From an uncultured Pseudohongiella sp. (GTDB lineage: Bacteria; Pseudomonadota; Gammaproteobacteria; Pseudomonadales; Pseudohongiellaceae), in assembly GCA_964352355.1 (NCBI GenBank), contig CAYGRT010000013.1, forward strand, positions 6,828 to 70,827: a stretch of DNA of 64,000 bases, in the 5' to 3' direction. The position numbers were made by a program, and so were the translations under genes. The notes under the pieces were generated by a model, which saw only the letters and a program-made list of their open reading frames with translations, searched no databases and was not told the origin of the DNA. Each line of letters opens with the position of its first letter. The stretch's first letter is position 1. This document shows, in pieces, positions 18,286-27,994 of the stretch.

Positions 18286-20955
18286 CTAGGCGGACGATGT
18301 CGACACCGTATTCAGTACTGCTTTAAGCTCGTCTAAGCCGAAGGGCTTACTAAGAATGTGATGTCTTGTCTCTTCACCGGAATTTACGAAGTGGGCAGAG
18401 TCACTATAGCCAGTCGCCAATATCACAGGTACGGTAGGCCGCTTAGTGGCGCAAAAATTTGCAATATCGATTCCGGTAACCTCAGGCATTGAGTAATCAG
18501 TAATGACAATATCAAACTGATCGCCATCGCTCGCGATTAACTCCAGCGCCTGCTTCGGATCAGCGCACTGAATACAATCGTGCCCTAACGCATCTAACAT
18601 CATCCCTACAGTCTCTAGCAGATCTATCTGATCATCGATAAGCAAGATTGTTGAGCGACTGGCCTTGCCCAGCAAAGACCCGTCCTTCGCTTTATCATTT
18701 GAAGAGCTACTAACGGGAAAATAGACACTAATCGAAGACCCTTTAAATGGAACGGATCGAAAATCAATACCACCCTTGTGAGCCAAGACCAATCCTCGCG
18801 CAATCGAAAGACCCATACCACTGCCTAGGTCTTTAGAGGTATAGAAAGGGTCAAATATTTTGTCAATTCGATCGCTACTTACACCTAGGCCGTTGTCAGA
18901 CACAGTTATTTTGGCGTATTTTCCAGGCAGCAAATGCCCGTGCAAACACTCCGTTCTGCGCCCTATTTCTAGCTCGTTCAACTCGAAATGTATTTCCCCA
19001 TGTTCTTGCTCTAGCGCTTCAAACGCATTGGTGAGAATGACGATAAGTACTTGGGAGACCTGATTCGGGTCAGCAATAATTTGAATTGGATTCTCGCTTA
19101 AAACTTTCTCCAACTTTACGGACTTTGGCAAGCCAGCCTGAACTAGCTGTAGCGCATCGGCTGCCAGTTCACCCAAGTCCAACTCTGTTTTGTTCAAATT
19201 TCCTTGCCTGCTGAATGCAAGGATTTGACTGACCAATGCTTTGGCTCGGTCCGCTGTCTCCATCAGTTTATCGACGATAGCAGTTGCAGCTGCATTATCG
19301 GCAAGTTTTAGTTTCAAAAGCTCATTTAAACCAATCATAACGCCTAGCATATTATTGAAGTCATGAGCGATACCGCCAGCCAAGGTGCCCAAAGATTCAA
19401 ACTTTTGCGCCTGACGTAGCTGGCCTTCCAGGATCAGCCGATTACTTTCCTGTTGCTTGCGTTTAGAAATATCTCGAGTAACCCCTACCCACTGATCGAC
19501 ACTCTTGCCTCCTTCCACTATAGGTTGGGCGGCAATTTCGCAGGGTACTTTCGAGCCATCTTTATGAATCAAGTCAACTTCGAATACGGTTGATCCAAGC
19601 GCTGTAGAAAAAACCAGCTGCAGCGCTTTTTCCGCCGACTCTTCTGTCATGATATCCCGCATGGAGAGATTTAAAAATTCTTCTGGGGTATAGCCAGCTA
19701 ACTGCATTATCGACGGACTACAATAAGTAGTTTGTCGCTTGGTCTGATCCCAAGTCCAAATAACATCTAGCGTACTCCTGGCGAGCACCTCGTATCTCAG
19801 CTGACTTTCTTTTGCCCGCCGTTCACTAACTTGCAATTGCAATTTTGCCGCTTCGGATTTCTTTAACGCTCTGAAAAGTTGATAAGTAATAATGGCGAGA
19901 GCGAAGAACATGAGTACAGTGACGTAGACTGTGTTTCTATACTCAGCAAGTAGTGAGCTGGGCTGATTCAACACGGTAAAAGGCTGCTCTAGGGAATTAA
20001 CCGGCAAACTAAATCGCTGCACCTGATTATAATCGAAAATAATTGACCCAAATTCATCGCCAACTTGAGGTGACTCGACGTTAGTGTCTTCTACCAGCGC
20101 AAATACCGCCTCAGATGCTGCGGTTGCATACGCTTCAGCGGTATGAAAGTACCCTCCTGTCAGCCCATAGCCTAGAAACGGGTCAGCTATGCCAAACAGC
20201 GGCACAGCACTAGCGGAAGATAAGCGCTGAAACAATTTTAAGGAATCGAAATTACTCGAACGATCCCCAGCCATATAGGGCAGCGTCAAAACTATTGATT
20301 CATCTGACAGCAGGCTCAAATACTCTTCTGTATCTGGAACACTCATATTATAATGAAATTTCGCGGCATACTCAGAAAACGATTCGTTGATGATTCTGCG
20401 CGCTGCTGCTCCAAACTGCAGTTCGTCGCGCTCTGAACCAACGAACACTTCAATAGTTGATGCGCCTGGCTGCAGCTGGCTTGCCACTGAGAGGGTATTC
20501 ACTATCGACAAATCGCTTCTTGCTAAAACCGTTTTCACACGATCCGAAGTCAGTTCTGCATCATTTGCAGCTGCGCCAGGTAAAACCATAACCAAAGGCA
20601 AAGTGTTATAGACTTGCAATTGTTTTACAAATTCTGCCGCGGCTGGCAGAACAGACACAATGATGTCGACACCCATTGAGGCGACGATGCTGACCACGAA
20701 ATTCTTATAAAATTCTACAGTAGCCTCATCGGTAAGAGACCCAACACCGAGGCGTTGAAAAGATATCTGATGAGGAACCGTGAGTCGCGCTTGAAGCGCA
20801 TTCACTAAGTGATTGTCAAAACCGCCATCCCAAATACCTTCATCCCACCCTCCGTGAAGCACCAGCACACGAACTGGTTCTTCTATTTGGGCCTGAACTG
20901 GAAAATTGATCAGCAGAAAAGCGATCAAACAGGCAGTGCAAGACCAAATTTTCAT
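18286..20955 (-). CDS. Hybrid sensor histidine kinase (periplasmic solute-binding-like domain, PAS, HisKA, HATPase, REC)
   Basis: H-box GGIAHDFNNML. G-boxes DNGLGV and GSGMGLS. C-terminal receiver ILLIDD...VITDYSMPE. The ATG at 20955 gives a signal/TM start, MKIWSCTACLIAFLL. Confidence 0.8.
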   Translation of the reverse strand: MKIWSCTACLIAFLLINFPVQAQIEEPVRVLVLHGGWDEGIWDGGFDNHLVNALQARLTVPHQISFQRLGVGSLTDEATVEFYKNFVVSIVASMGVDIIVSVLPAAAEFVKQLQVYNTLPLVMVLPGAAANDAELTSDRVKTVLARSDLSIVNTLSVASQLQPGASTIEVFVGSERDELQFGAAARRIINESFSEYAAKFHYNMSVPDTEEYLSLLSDESIVLTLPYMAGDRSSNFDSLKLFQRLSSASAVPLFGIADPFLGYGLTGGYFHTAEAYATAASEAVFALVEDTNVESPQVGDEFGSIIFDYNQVQRFSLPVNSLEQPFTVLNQPSSLLAEYRNTVYVTVLMFFALAIITYQLFRALKKSEAAKLQLQVSERRAKESQLRYEVLARSTLDVIWTWDQTKRQTTYCSPSIMQLAGYTPEEFLNLSMRDIMTEESAEKALQLVFSTALGSTVFEVDLIHKDGSKVPCEIAAQPIVEGGKSVDQWVGVTRDISKRKQQESNRLILEGQLRQAQKFESLGTLAGGIAHDFNNMLGVMIGLNELLKLKLADNAAATAIVDKLMETADRAKALVSQILAFSRQGNLNKTELDLGELAADALQLVQAGLPKSVKLEKVLSENPIQIIADPNQVSQVLIVILTNAFEALEQEHGEIHFELNELEIGRRTECLHGHLLPGKYAKITVSDNGLGVSSDRIDKIFDPFYTSKDLGSGMGLSIARGLVLAHKGGIDFRSVPFKGSSISVYFPVSSSSNDKAKDGSLLGKASRSTILLIDDQIDLLETVGMMLDALGHDCIQCADPKQALELIASDGDQFDIVITDYSMPEVTGIDIANFCATKRPTVPVILATGYSDSAHFVNSGEETRHHILSKPFGLDELKAVLNTVSTSSA

Positions 20956-21154
20956 GGTAGAGTTAGGCCTTGAGACAATCGGCAGTGGCATCTAGGTACC
21001 TTAAATACAGGGGCCCATGTGAGTCATGCTCCTCCCGCTGCAAGTATAGACAAAGAATGGAATACATGCTGAGTAATTTACATCAGTTTACGAGGCAGAC
21101 AATTGCCTATAGCGTCGCTGATTCGCACCGGTCACATCGTCCAACAACTTTTTT

Positions 21155-22984
21155 TTGGAGTCGTTTACAGTGACTCCCGAAGATTTTTTGGAAACAATAA
21201 CGAGCAATAGTCCTTCCTACATAATGGTATTGGATAACAATGGGCTTATACGCTTCGTCAATCGTACCACGCGCAACTTAGACAAAAAGAGTGTTCTTGG
21301 CCAATCTGCGTTCGACTATGTGGCGAGCCAAGAAGAAGCTGACAAATTAAGAGCGTGTTTCGACCGTGTCACTAAACATCAAAAACCTGAACTGCTTGAA
21401 AGCAAGGCTATCAACTCCGAAGGTCGAATTAGCTACTGGGAATCTAGAATCAGCCCAGTCATGGAAAACGGCGTGCCCAGTGGCTTTGTAATTATTACGA
21501 ATAATATTACAAAACGAGTGTCAGCTCAGTTAGAGCAGCAAGCAATTTTCGATTTGTCTGCAGATTTTCTCTGCGTTCTAAAATTTGACGGTTATTTTGG
21601 CCGGGTAAACCCAGCATTCGTTACAAAGCTAGGATACAGCGAAGAAGAATTACTCTCCACCCCGGTATTCGACTTTATTCACCCTGAGGACCGCCAGGTC
21701 ACTTTAGATGCGTTTACCCGGGTCCGAGAGGAGCACCATAAACTACCACCTTTTGAAAACCGCTATGTTGCTAAAGATGGCAGCCTTGTCATTATTGAGT
21801 GGCTTGGCAGTGTAGATAGAGAGGCGAATCGAGTTATTGGCATCGGACGTGATGTAACGGCAAACCGAGAGTTAGAGCAGCAACTCCGCCAATCTCAAAA
21901 AATGGAAGCCATTGGTCAATTAGCTGGTGGCATAGCGCACGATTTTAATAACTTATTAATGGCAATATCCGCCAATACGGAGCTTGGCTTACTGAGCGAC
22001 AATTTAGACAAGGTTAGGAGTAGACTCAGAGATATCGAGGCAGCGTCAGAGAGAGCGGCAGAGCTCACTCGAAAGCTACTTTCATTTTCACGCAATCAAC
22101 CGCTGCAAAAAGCACCGCTGGATCTAAACCTTCTAATCCAAAATCTGCTTCGGCTGCTTGAGCGAGTCTTACCGCCGAACATTCAGCTAACCTTTCAGCC
22201 AGAACTAAACTTGCCCCTTGTCGCCGCTGATAAGCTGCAGTTAGAGCAAGTCTTGATGAATCTTTGTGTGAACGCCAGAGATGCCATGCCTGACGGGGGA
22301 CACATCGCCCTATCAACGGGACGAATTATTGATAAAACCAACGATGCTCAAGTCACTGTCGATGTAAGCGACTCTGGCACTGGCATACCCGAAAGCATTA
22401 AAGAGCGTATCTACAATCCATTTTTTACCACGAAGCCCGAGGGCCATGGCACAGGTCTTGGACTTTCCATGGTGTACAGCATTATGCAAAAGCACAACGG
22501 CACTGTGACGATTCATGACACCACAGACAAAGGCACCACAATGCGAATCACCCTGCCACCTGTGAAGGCAGCGGATAAATCAAAAATCGCGTTAAATCAA
22601 TCTTTACCGTTTGGTGGATCTGAGACGATTTTGGTGGCCGACGATGAGCAATTAGTCGCCAAGATAACCAAAGAGACTCTTGAAAAAGCCGGATATACCG
22701 TGGTTGTCGCAAGCAATGGCCAGCAAGCCATCGAACTGTGTAAAAACAACCCCGCTATCCAATTGGCTTTTTTGGATGTGATGATGCCCCAGATGAATGG
22801 GCCGGATGCGGCAGCGATTATTAAACAAGACTCGCCTCAGCTGCCGATTCTGTTTGCCACCGGCTATGCGGCGGATTCCCATAAAACTCTCCAAGACAAA
22901 TATCACGTCCTGCACAAACCCTACCGGGGTGATGAGCTACTAAATATGATAAGGAAACTATTGGATGAGCCTCACTCGCACTAG
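21155..22984 (+). CDS. Cytoplasmic PAS-PAS hybrid histidine kinase with C-terminal receiver
   Basis: Two PAS-like segments, H-box GGIAHDFNNLL, motifs DSGTGIP and GTGLGLS, and receiver ILVADDE...FLDVMMPQMNG. The start is uncertain: TTG at 21155 or GTG at 21170. Confidence 0.8.
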   Translation: MESFTVTPEDFLETITSNSPSYIMVLDNNGLIRFVNRTTRNLDKKSVLGQSAFDYVASQEEADKLRACFDRVTKHQKPELLESKAINSEGRISYWESRISPVMENGVPSGFVIITNNITKRVSAQLEQQAIFDLSADFLCVLKFDGYFGRVNPAFVTKLGYSEEELLSTPVFDFIHPEDRQVTLDAFTRVREEHHKLPPFENRYVAKDGSLVIIEWLGSVDREANRVIGIGRDVTANRELEQQLRQSQKMEAIGQLAGGIAHDFNNLLMAISANTELGLLSDNLDKVRSRLRDIEAASERAAELTRKLLSFSRNQPLQKAPLDLNLLIQNLLRLLERVLPPNIQLTFQPELNLPLVAADKLQLEQVLMNLCVNARDAMPDGGHIALSTGRIIDKTNDAQVTVDVSDSGTGIPESIKERIYNPFFTTKPEGHGTGLGLSMVYSIMQKHNGTVTIHDTTDKGTTMRITLPPVKAADKSKIALNQSLPFGGSETILVADDEQLVAKITKETLEKAGYTVVVASNGQQAIELCKNNPAIQLAFLDVMMPQMNGPDAAAIIKQDSPQLPILFATGYAADSHKTLQDKYHVLHKPYRGDELLNMIRKLLDEPHSH

Positions 22985-23018
22985 CCATGACTGGAAGTTA
23001 AGCACTAGGAGATACCCC

Positions 23019-24209
23019 ATGAAAAAAACAACCCTCATACTGTGCTTCCTGCTGAGCTTATTTTGCGAGGCGATACTCCACAGCAGAGCAATGGCGCAAA
23101 ACGCCGAAATTAGACCTAGAGCGCGAGAGGCAGGGGTCGTAGTTGGCATTTTTCAACCCGGAAGCAACAACGCCATAACCGATGTGAGTGGTGTCTTAGT
23201 TGGCCACGAAACTGTCATCGAAGGTGATGACATACGCACTGGAGTCACAGCAATTATTCCAGCCGCTGGGAACCTATACACAAATCCCATTCCCGCTTGG
23301 ATTCACGTAGGTAACGGGTACGGTAAGCTTATAGGGGAAACCCAAGTAAGGGAGTTTGGCGAGATAGAGACACCAATACTGCTGACCTGCACTCTCTGCG
23401 TATGGAGCGCAGCCAATGGGCTCAAACAGTGGCTTTACTTGCAGCCAGGTATGGGTGAGCACACCATTAATCCCATTGTTGGTGAAACCAATGACGGAAG
23501 AGTCAACAATATGTGGGCAGACCCTATTGGAGCGCAGCAAGTGTTTAGTGCCTTAGAAAAAGCAACATCGGGCCCTGTCGCCGAGGGCAGTGTTGGCGCC
23601 GGCACGGGCACTCAAGCGTTCGGCTGGAAAGGTGGCATCGGCACAAGCTCCCGTGTGCTGCCAGAGGCACTTGGCGGCTACACTATCGGCGTACTAGTGC
23701 AGACGAATTACGGTGGAATAATGTCGATCAACGGCGCACCTGTGGGTCGAGAACTAGGCACCTACGCATTTCAAGAGCAAGTCTTTCCCACCGGAGACGA
23801 AGACAAAGAAGATGGGTCAATAATGCTAGTGCTGGCGACCGATGCCCCTCTAACTGCTCGTAGCTTAGACAGACTAGGGCTGCGTGCCATCATGGGTTTG
23901 GCAAGAACAGGTTCTTATGCCAGCAATGGCTCTGGCGATTACGTTATTGCATTCTCGACCAACCCAAGCGTGCGCCGGCCGCGAGAGTCAGCAACGCCTG
24001 TGACCTCCACTAGCCTAGTTAACAGTTCCATATCCCCTTTGTTTGCTGCCGCGGCAGAGGCTACCGAAGAAGCCATTTACAATGCTATTTTTAAAGCAAC
24101 CACCGTCAGCAGCAGTCGGGGAACTCTTGAAGCGGTTCCTATACCAGCCCTAATGGAAATTCTGCGTAAGTATGGCGCGCTAAATTGGGATACTACTATT
24201 CCCAACTAA
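23019..24209 (+). CDS. Secreted DmpA/S58 (P1) family aminopeptidase
   Basis: ATG at 23019 after AGGAGA, followed by a signal peptide. Family motifs are GVTAIIP and the self-processing-type site DGSIMLVLATDAPL (a Gly-Ser junction). Confidence 0.75.
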   Translation: MKKTTLILCFLLSLFCEAILHSRAMAQNAEIRPRAREAGVVVGIFQPGSNNAITDVSGVLVGHETVIEGDDIRTGVTAIIPAAGNLYTNPIPAWIHVGNGYGKLIGETQVREFGEIETPILLTCTLCVWSAANGLKQWLYLQPGMGEHTINPIVGETNDGRVNNMWADPIGAQQVFSALEKATSGPVAEGSVGAGTGTQAFGWKGGIGTSSRVLPEALGGYTIGVLVQTNYGGIMSINGAPVGRELGTYAFQEQVFPTGDEDKEDGSIMLVLATDAPLTARSLDRLGLRAIMGLARTGSYASNGSGDYVIAFSTNPSVRRPRESATPVTSTSLVNSSISPLFAAAAEATEEAIYNAIFKATTVSSSRGTLEAVPIPALMEILRKYGALNWDTTIPN

Positions 24210-24402
24210 GTGATCGAGCAATGACGCAGAATCAGAAGGCGGCTTTTTAGCGCTCAACACAGCTACCTAGCTGCCCGAGAATCTAGAAATTCTAACCGCG
24301 CATTATGATATGCTATCAAGTCCCAAGCCCCGGATGGCAAGCATCCCAGCATGAGCATATGCGACATTACCTAAATACCAATTCTGCACATACCCAAGAC
24401 CC

Positions 24403-25446
24403 ATGTTAACTGACGACATCGCATTTTTTTTCTTTGCGGTTATATTCGTTGCAGTTTTAAACTTTATGATTATCTCTGGAATATGGCTTAGCTATCTCAC
24501 GTCCAAAAAGCCCTATTTGGCCATTGCCTGTTTCGCTGGCGCATTGGAAGTACTATTACACTTCAGTGATTTTGGGACGGGACTGAGCTCGAACGTTTCT
24601 ACTTACTACTTTATTTCCAAAGTTCTCCAATTCGCCTCCACCTTGCTATTGGCGATCGCGATGCTTTCAGCGTTCGGTACAATTTCAAGGCCGGTGAAAG
24701 CGTTTTGTGTTGGCTTGAGCGTCTGCTTGCTATTGAGCATTAGCATTGAGTTGGCAACTGGCATCGCAAGTGATGCCGTGGTTGTGTATCTATTAGACGC
24801 GCCACTTCTATTAGCCAGCGGTTTTTTGGTATGGCGCACTTTCTTTACAGGTCAAACGTTTACTCCTAGCAAGCTATTTTTTATTGCCGCTAGCAGCACA
24901 TTACTGCTAATCCGCTTAAGTTTGCCACTGTTGCCTTTGGACAACCTTTACCTATTACTTTATTTTATTGAGTATATCTGCTTCTCGATGTTACTCATTG
25001 CCATCATCCTCTATGAAATCGAATATTCGAATCGCAAAGTAAAAGAGTTGTTAGATAGCAAGGTGCAGTCCGAACAAGACTTGCAGTTTATAGTTGATAA
25101 TTCGTTCGACATAATCCTGGTGGCTGACCAACAAGGTCTATTGCGTTCTTGGAGCAAAAAAGCACAGCAGGTTTTTGGATATAGTCGAGACCAAGCCATT
25201 GGCAAAATTCACCTAGACGCGATCTTTGTCGATAACTTTCTTAAGCGTCAACTGGGCGCGGTAGATGAATTTCATGCCCGCATGATGAGCATCGATGGAA
25301 AATCATTTATGGTAGATGTAAGACTTAAAGAGGTGAGCCACGAGGATAATTTTTATTCTATCTTTGTCTTGCGATTAATTGAGGAGCCCGGCAGTTTTAG
25401 TGGCATCGGAGCCACCAAACCTACTGGCGGTGCTGCAGAATGTTAA
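24403..25446 (+). CDS. Polytopic membrane protein with a C-terminal PAS-like domain and no output domain
   Basis: About 200 aa of hydrophobic helices (6-7 TM), then a PAS-like segment (FIVDNSFDIILVADQQGLLRSWSKKAQQVFGYSRDQAIGK). No kinase, GGDEF or HTH follows. Confidence 0.55.
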   Translation: MLTDDIAFFFFAVIFVAVLNFMIISGIWLSYLTSKKPYLAIACFAGALEVLLHFSDFGTGLSSNVSTYYFISKVLQFASTLLLAIAMLSAFGTISRPVKAFCVGLSVCLLLSISIELATGIASDAVVVYLLDAPLLLASGFLVWRTFFTGQTFTPSKLFFIAASSTLLLIRLSLPLLPLDNLYLLLYFIEYICFSMLLIAIILYEIEYSNRKVKELLDSKVQSEQDLQFIVDNSFDIILVADQQGLLRSWSKKAQQVFGYSRDQAIGKIHLDAIFVDNFLKRQLGAVDEFHARMMSIDGKSFMVDVRLKEVSHEDNFYSIFVLRLIEEPGSFSGIGATKPTGGAAEC

Positions 25447-25509
25447 GCATACATCTTGCAGTGTGTCCACTGGCTCATTTTTTAACAACCCAAACTACGG
25501 GCTAAGACT

Positions 25510-26625
25510 TTGTATTTGACCTCTTCGGCATTCACCAAAAAAGTAACTAGTGCGCTGTTTTTTACGGGTTTCCTGGTCGGCGTTATCATCGGTGCCGGCG
25601 CTCTTTCTGGAGATGAATTGGGGCGCGTAAATCTGCTGTTCTTTCTCTTCCTCTTCGCGCTTGTTCCAATCTTGAGCCTTGTCGTCTCCGCAATTTTATT
25701 GCTTACTAAGAAAAACGGGATCGCATCCCTGATCATAACTTCCCCATTATGGCCAAAGGCGCTTGCACTTCACTCGGTACAGCAAGAATTAATTGGGTCA
25801 AAACGCAACTGGCTGTTTTTACAATCACAAATTATGGTTCTTGCTTTTGCGTTTGGCGGCCTTGTAGTGTTTGTCGCATTATTGCTAGGCACAGATGTAA
25901 ATTTTGTTTGGCGAAGCACGCTACTAGACGCCCAAGCCCTTCAGCCTGTATTGCAAGCGATCGCACTACCGTGGCTGTTTTGGTCAGACGCCCAACCGAC
26001 CCTCGACCTGCTTGAGCTGTCTCGCAATTCTCGTATTACTACTGACGGCAGTGGTTACTCAGCAAGTTGGTGGAAATTTGCCATTGCGGCTCAAATTACC
26101 TACAACTTAATCCCCAGAATAGTGCTGCTGCTGATAGCCGCTTGGCGCTACCGCCAAGATGCCGTAGCAAATTCTGTTGAGAATTTAGTTAATAGTATGG
26201 CTAAGGCAAGGCATTTTTCAGCAGATACTCCGCCACCGCTTGCAGAAATTGCCTACACCACTCCTAGTGAGTATCAGTTAGCAAATTGGGCCGATGCGCC
26301 AGACTTTTGCCTTAGTTTTATTACCAAATCATTTGGAAGTGCCAAAACCAAACTATCGCTGAATCCACTTACCGCAACCACCACTTTGGCTCAAACTACA
26401 ACACAAACTTCCCTAGTGGTAATTGTCAAGAGTTGGGAGCCACCTCTTGCCGAATTACAGGATGTCCTTAAAGCGATTGCTAACGACGAAACCAACTTCA
26501 TTTTGCCGTTAGACTGGAATGAAACCCAAGTAGTGCCTACCCAAACCAGCCATCTCACAGAATGGCGGCGGTTTGCAGCGACGTTAATTAACTGGAAAAT
26601 ACTCTTGCCGGGCACTCACTCATGA
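25510..26625 (+). CDS. Membrane protein of unknown function (DUF2868-like)
   Basis: 371 aa with several N-terminal TM helices. The stop overlaps the downstream GTPase start (ATGA at 26622-26625). The family name is from memory of the conserved DUF2868/DUF3482 gene pair. The TTG start is uncertain. Confidence 0.5.
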   Translation: MYLTSSAFTKKVTSALFFTGFLVGVIIGAGALSGDELGRVNLLFFLFLFALVPILSLVVSAILLLTKKNGIASLIITSPLWPKALALHSVQQELIGSKRNWLFLQSQIMVLAFAFGGLVVFVALLLGTDVNFVWRSTLLDAQALQPVLQAIALPWLFWSDAQPTLDLLELSRNSRITTDGSGYSASWWKFAIAAQITYNLIPRIVLLLIAAWRYRQDAVANSVENLVNSMAKARHFSADTPPPLAEIAYTTPSEYQLANWADAPDFCLSFITKSFGSAKTKLSLNPLTATTTLAQTTTQTSLVVIVKSWEPPLAELQDVLKAIANDETNFILPLDWNETQVVPTQTSHLTEWRRFAATLINWKILLPGTHS

Positions 26626-27977
26626 CACCCGTATTTGCAGTCGTAGGCCACCCAAACAAAGGTAAGTCGTCCATAGTGGCGACTCTAGCTCAAAATGACA
26701 GCATAGCTATCTCTTCAATTAGTGGCACCACCAAGACTTGTCAACGGGTAGAAATTCACATTGGTCAGGCCAGCTATGAACTCATCGATACCCCGGGGTT
26801 TCAGCGTCCTACAAAGGTGCTGGCGTGGCTGCAGGCGCAAGCCACTACTGCGGATAAGCGTGCTATTGCCGTCCGCGCATTTTTGAACGATAAATCATGT
26901 CAAGTTAACTATCCTGACGAGGTTGAGCTACTTACTCCCATAATGAATGGAGCGGCCATTTTGTATGTAGTTGATGGCTCTCGTCCCTACGGGCCTGAGT
27001 ACGAAGCAGAAATGGAGATTTTGCGATGGACAGGTCAAGCCAGCGTTGCACTTATAAATCCCATTGAAAATGAAGACTATGTTTTGCAGTGGCAAGATGC
27101 GCTGCAGCAGTACTTTAAAGTGGTACGTGTTTTCAATGCCATGGAGGCTGAATTCGATAAACATCTAGCGATACTTCAAGCGCTTTCCCATATTCGCCAA
27201 GATTGGCAAAGCTCGATCCAGGAAATTGTAGACGCCTCTAAAGCACAAGCGAGACAGCGCAAGAAAGATGCGGCTGACCTTGTTGCCTCGTTGCTGACGA
27301 AGGCCGCTTGCTTACAAATTACTCAAAAAGTACTGACTAAGGAGCAGGCATCGTTATTAAAAGCTGAGATGTCGAAGCGTTACTACGCTCAAGTTCAGGC
27401 CATAGAAACCAAACACCATGAGTCTCTAATGTCACTTCGAGCCTATCATCATCTTGATAGTCGGGCGACGCCACTGCCTGAATTCGACGATTTGTTCGAT
27501 ACTGAAAAATGGATTATTTGGGGGCTTACTCGGCAACAGCTCACCACCGCTGCTGCAATGGCGGGTGCCGCAGCCGGCGTTGCTGTAGACATCGCTTTAG
27601 CGGGCACTAGTTTGTTAGTTGGAGCTGCGGCCGGCAGTGCAATAGGCGCCGTCGGCGCATGGCTCAGCTCAGATAAATTGGCTGAATCCAAAATAGAAGG
27701 ATTACCTTTAGGTGGCTATGTTGCCATTCAAGGCCCCATGAAGAATCGCAACTTCCCCTACGTGCTTTTAAGTAGATTCTTGCATCTAGAAGAAATTTTA
27801 ACCCATCGTACTCACGCACAACGGGGCAGCATCACTATTGAAGAAGGAAAACTGCAAGAAAAGATTTCTCGCTTAAGCGAAAAACAGCAACGGGCATTGC
27901 ACAGGGCCTTGGCAGATCTTAGCAAGCAGAAAAACGTTGAAAATCTTAGCAGCGCACTAATCCCGCTTTTCCCCTAA
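26622..27977 (+). CDS. Membrane-associated P-loop GTPase (MMR_HSR1-type G domain plus DUF3482-like C-terminal region)
   Basis: G1 GHPNKGKS, G2 GTT and G3 DTPG. These are followed by a coiled-coil-like region and a Gly/Ala-rich hydrophobic segment, AAAMAGAAAGVAVDIALAGTSLLVGAAAGSAIGAVGAWL. Confidence 0.7.
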   Translation: MTPVFAVVGHPNKGKSSIVATLAQNDSIAISSISGTTKTCQRVEIHIGQASYELIDTPGFQRPTKVLAWLQAQATTADKRAIAVRAFLNDKSCQVNYPDEVELLTPIMNGAAILYVVDGSRPYGPEYEAEMEILRWTGQASVALINPIENEDYVLQWQDALQQYFKVVRVFNAMEAEFDKHLAILQALSHIRQDWQSSIQEIVDASKAQARQRKKDAADLVASLLTKAACLQITQKVLTKEQASLLKAEMSKRYYAQVQAIETKHHESLMSLRAYHHLDSRATPLPEFDDLFDTEKWIIWGLTRQQLTTAAAMAGAAAGVAVDIALAGTSLLVGAAAGSAIGAVGAWLSSDKLAESKIEGLPLGGYVAIQGPMKNRNFPYVLLSRFLHLEEILTHRTHAQRGSITIEEGKLQEKISRLSEKQQRALHRALADLSKQKNVENLSSALIPLFP

Positions 27978-27994
27978 GCGGGATGACGATAGCT

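Noticed and set aside
22965-23018. N-terminal extensions in the ORF track: 22965-23018, 44551-44619, 54723-54854, 58818-58877, 35117-35206, 32471-32497, 20956-20991 and 520-546.
   Set aside because: Internal ATG codons give canonical signal peptides or family-typical N-termini. They often have better Shine-Dalgarno sequences or remove overlaps with upstream genes, so the extensions are probably not translated.
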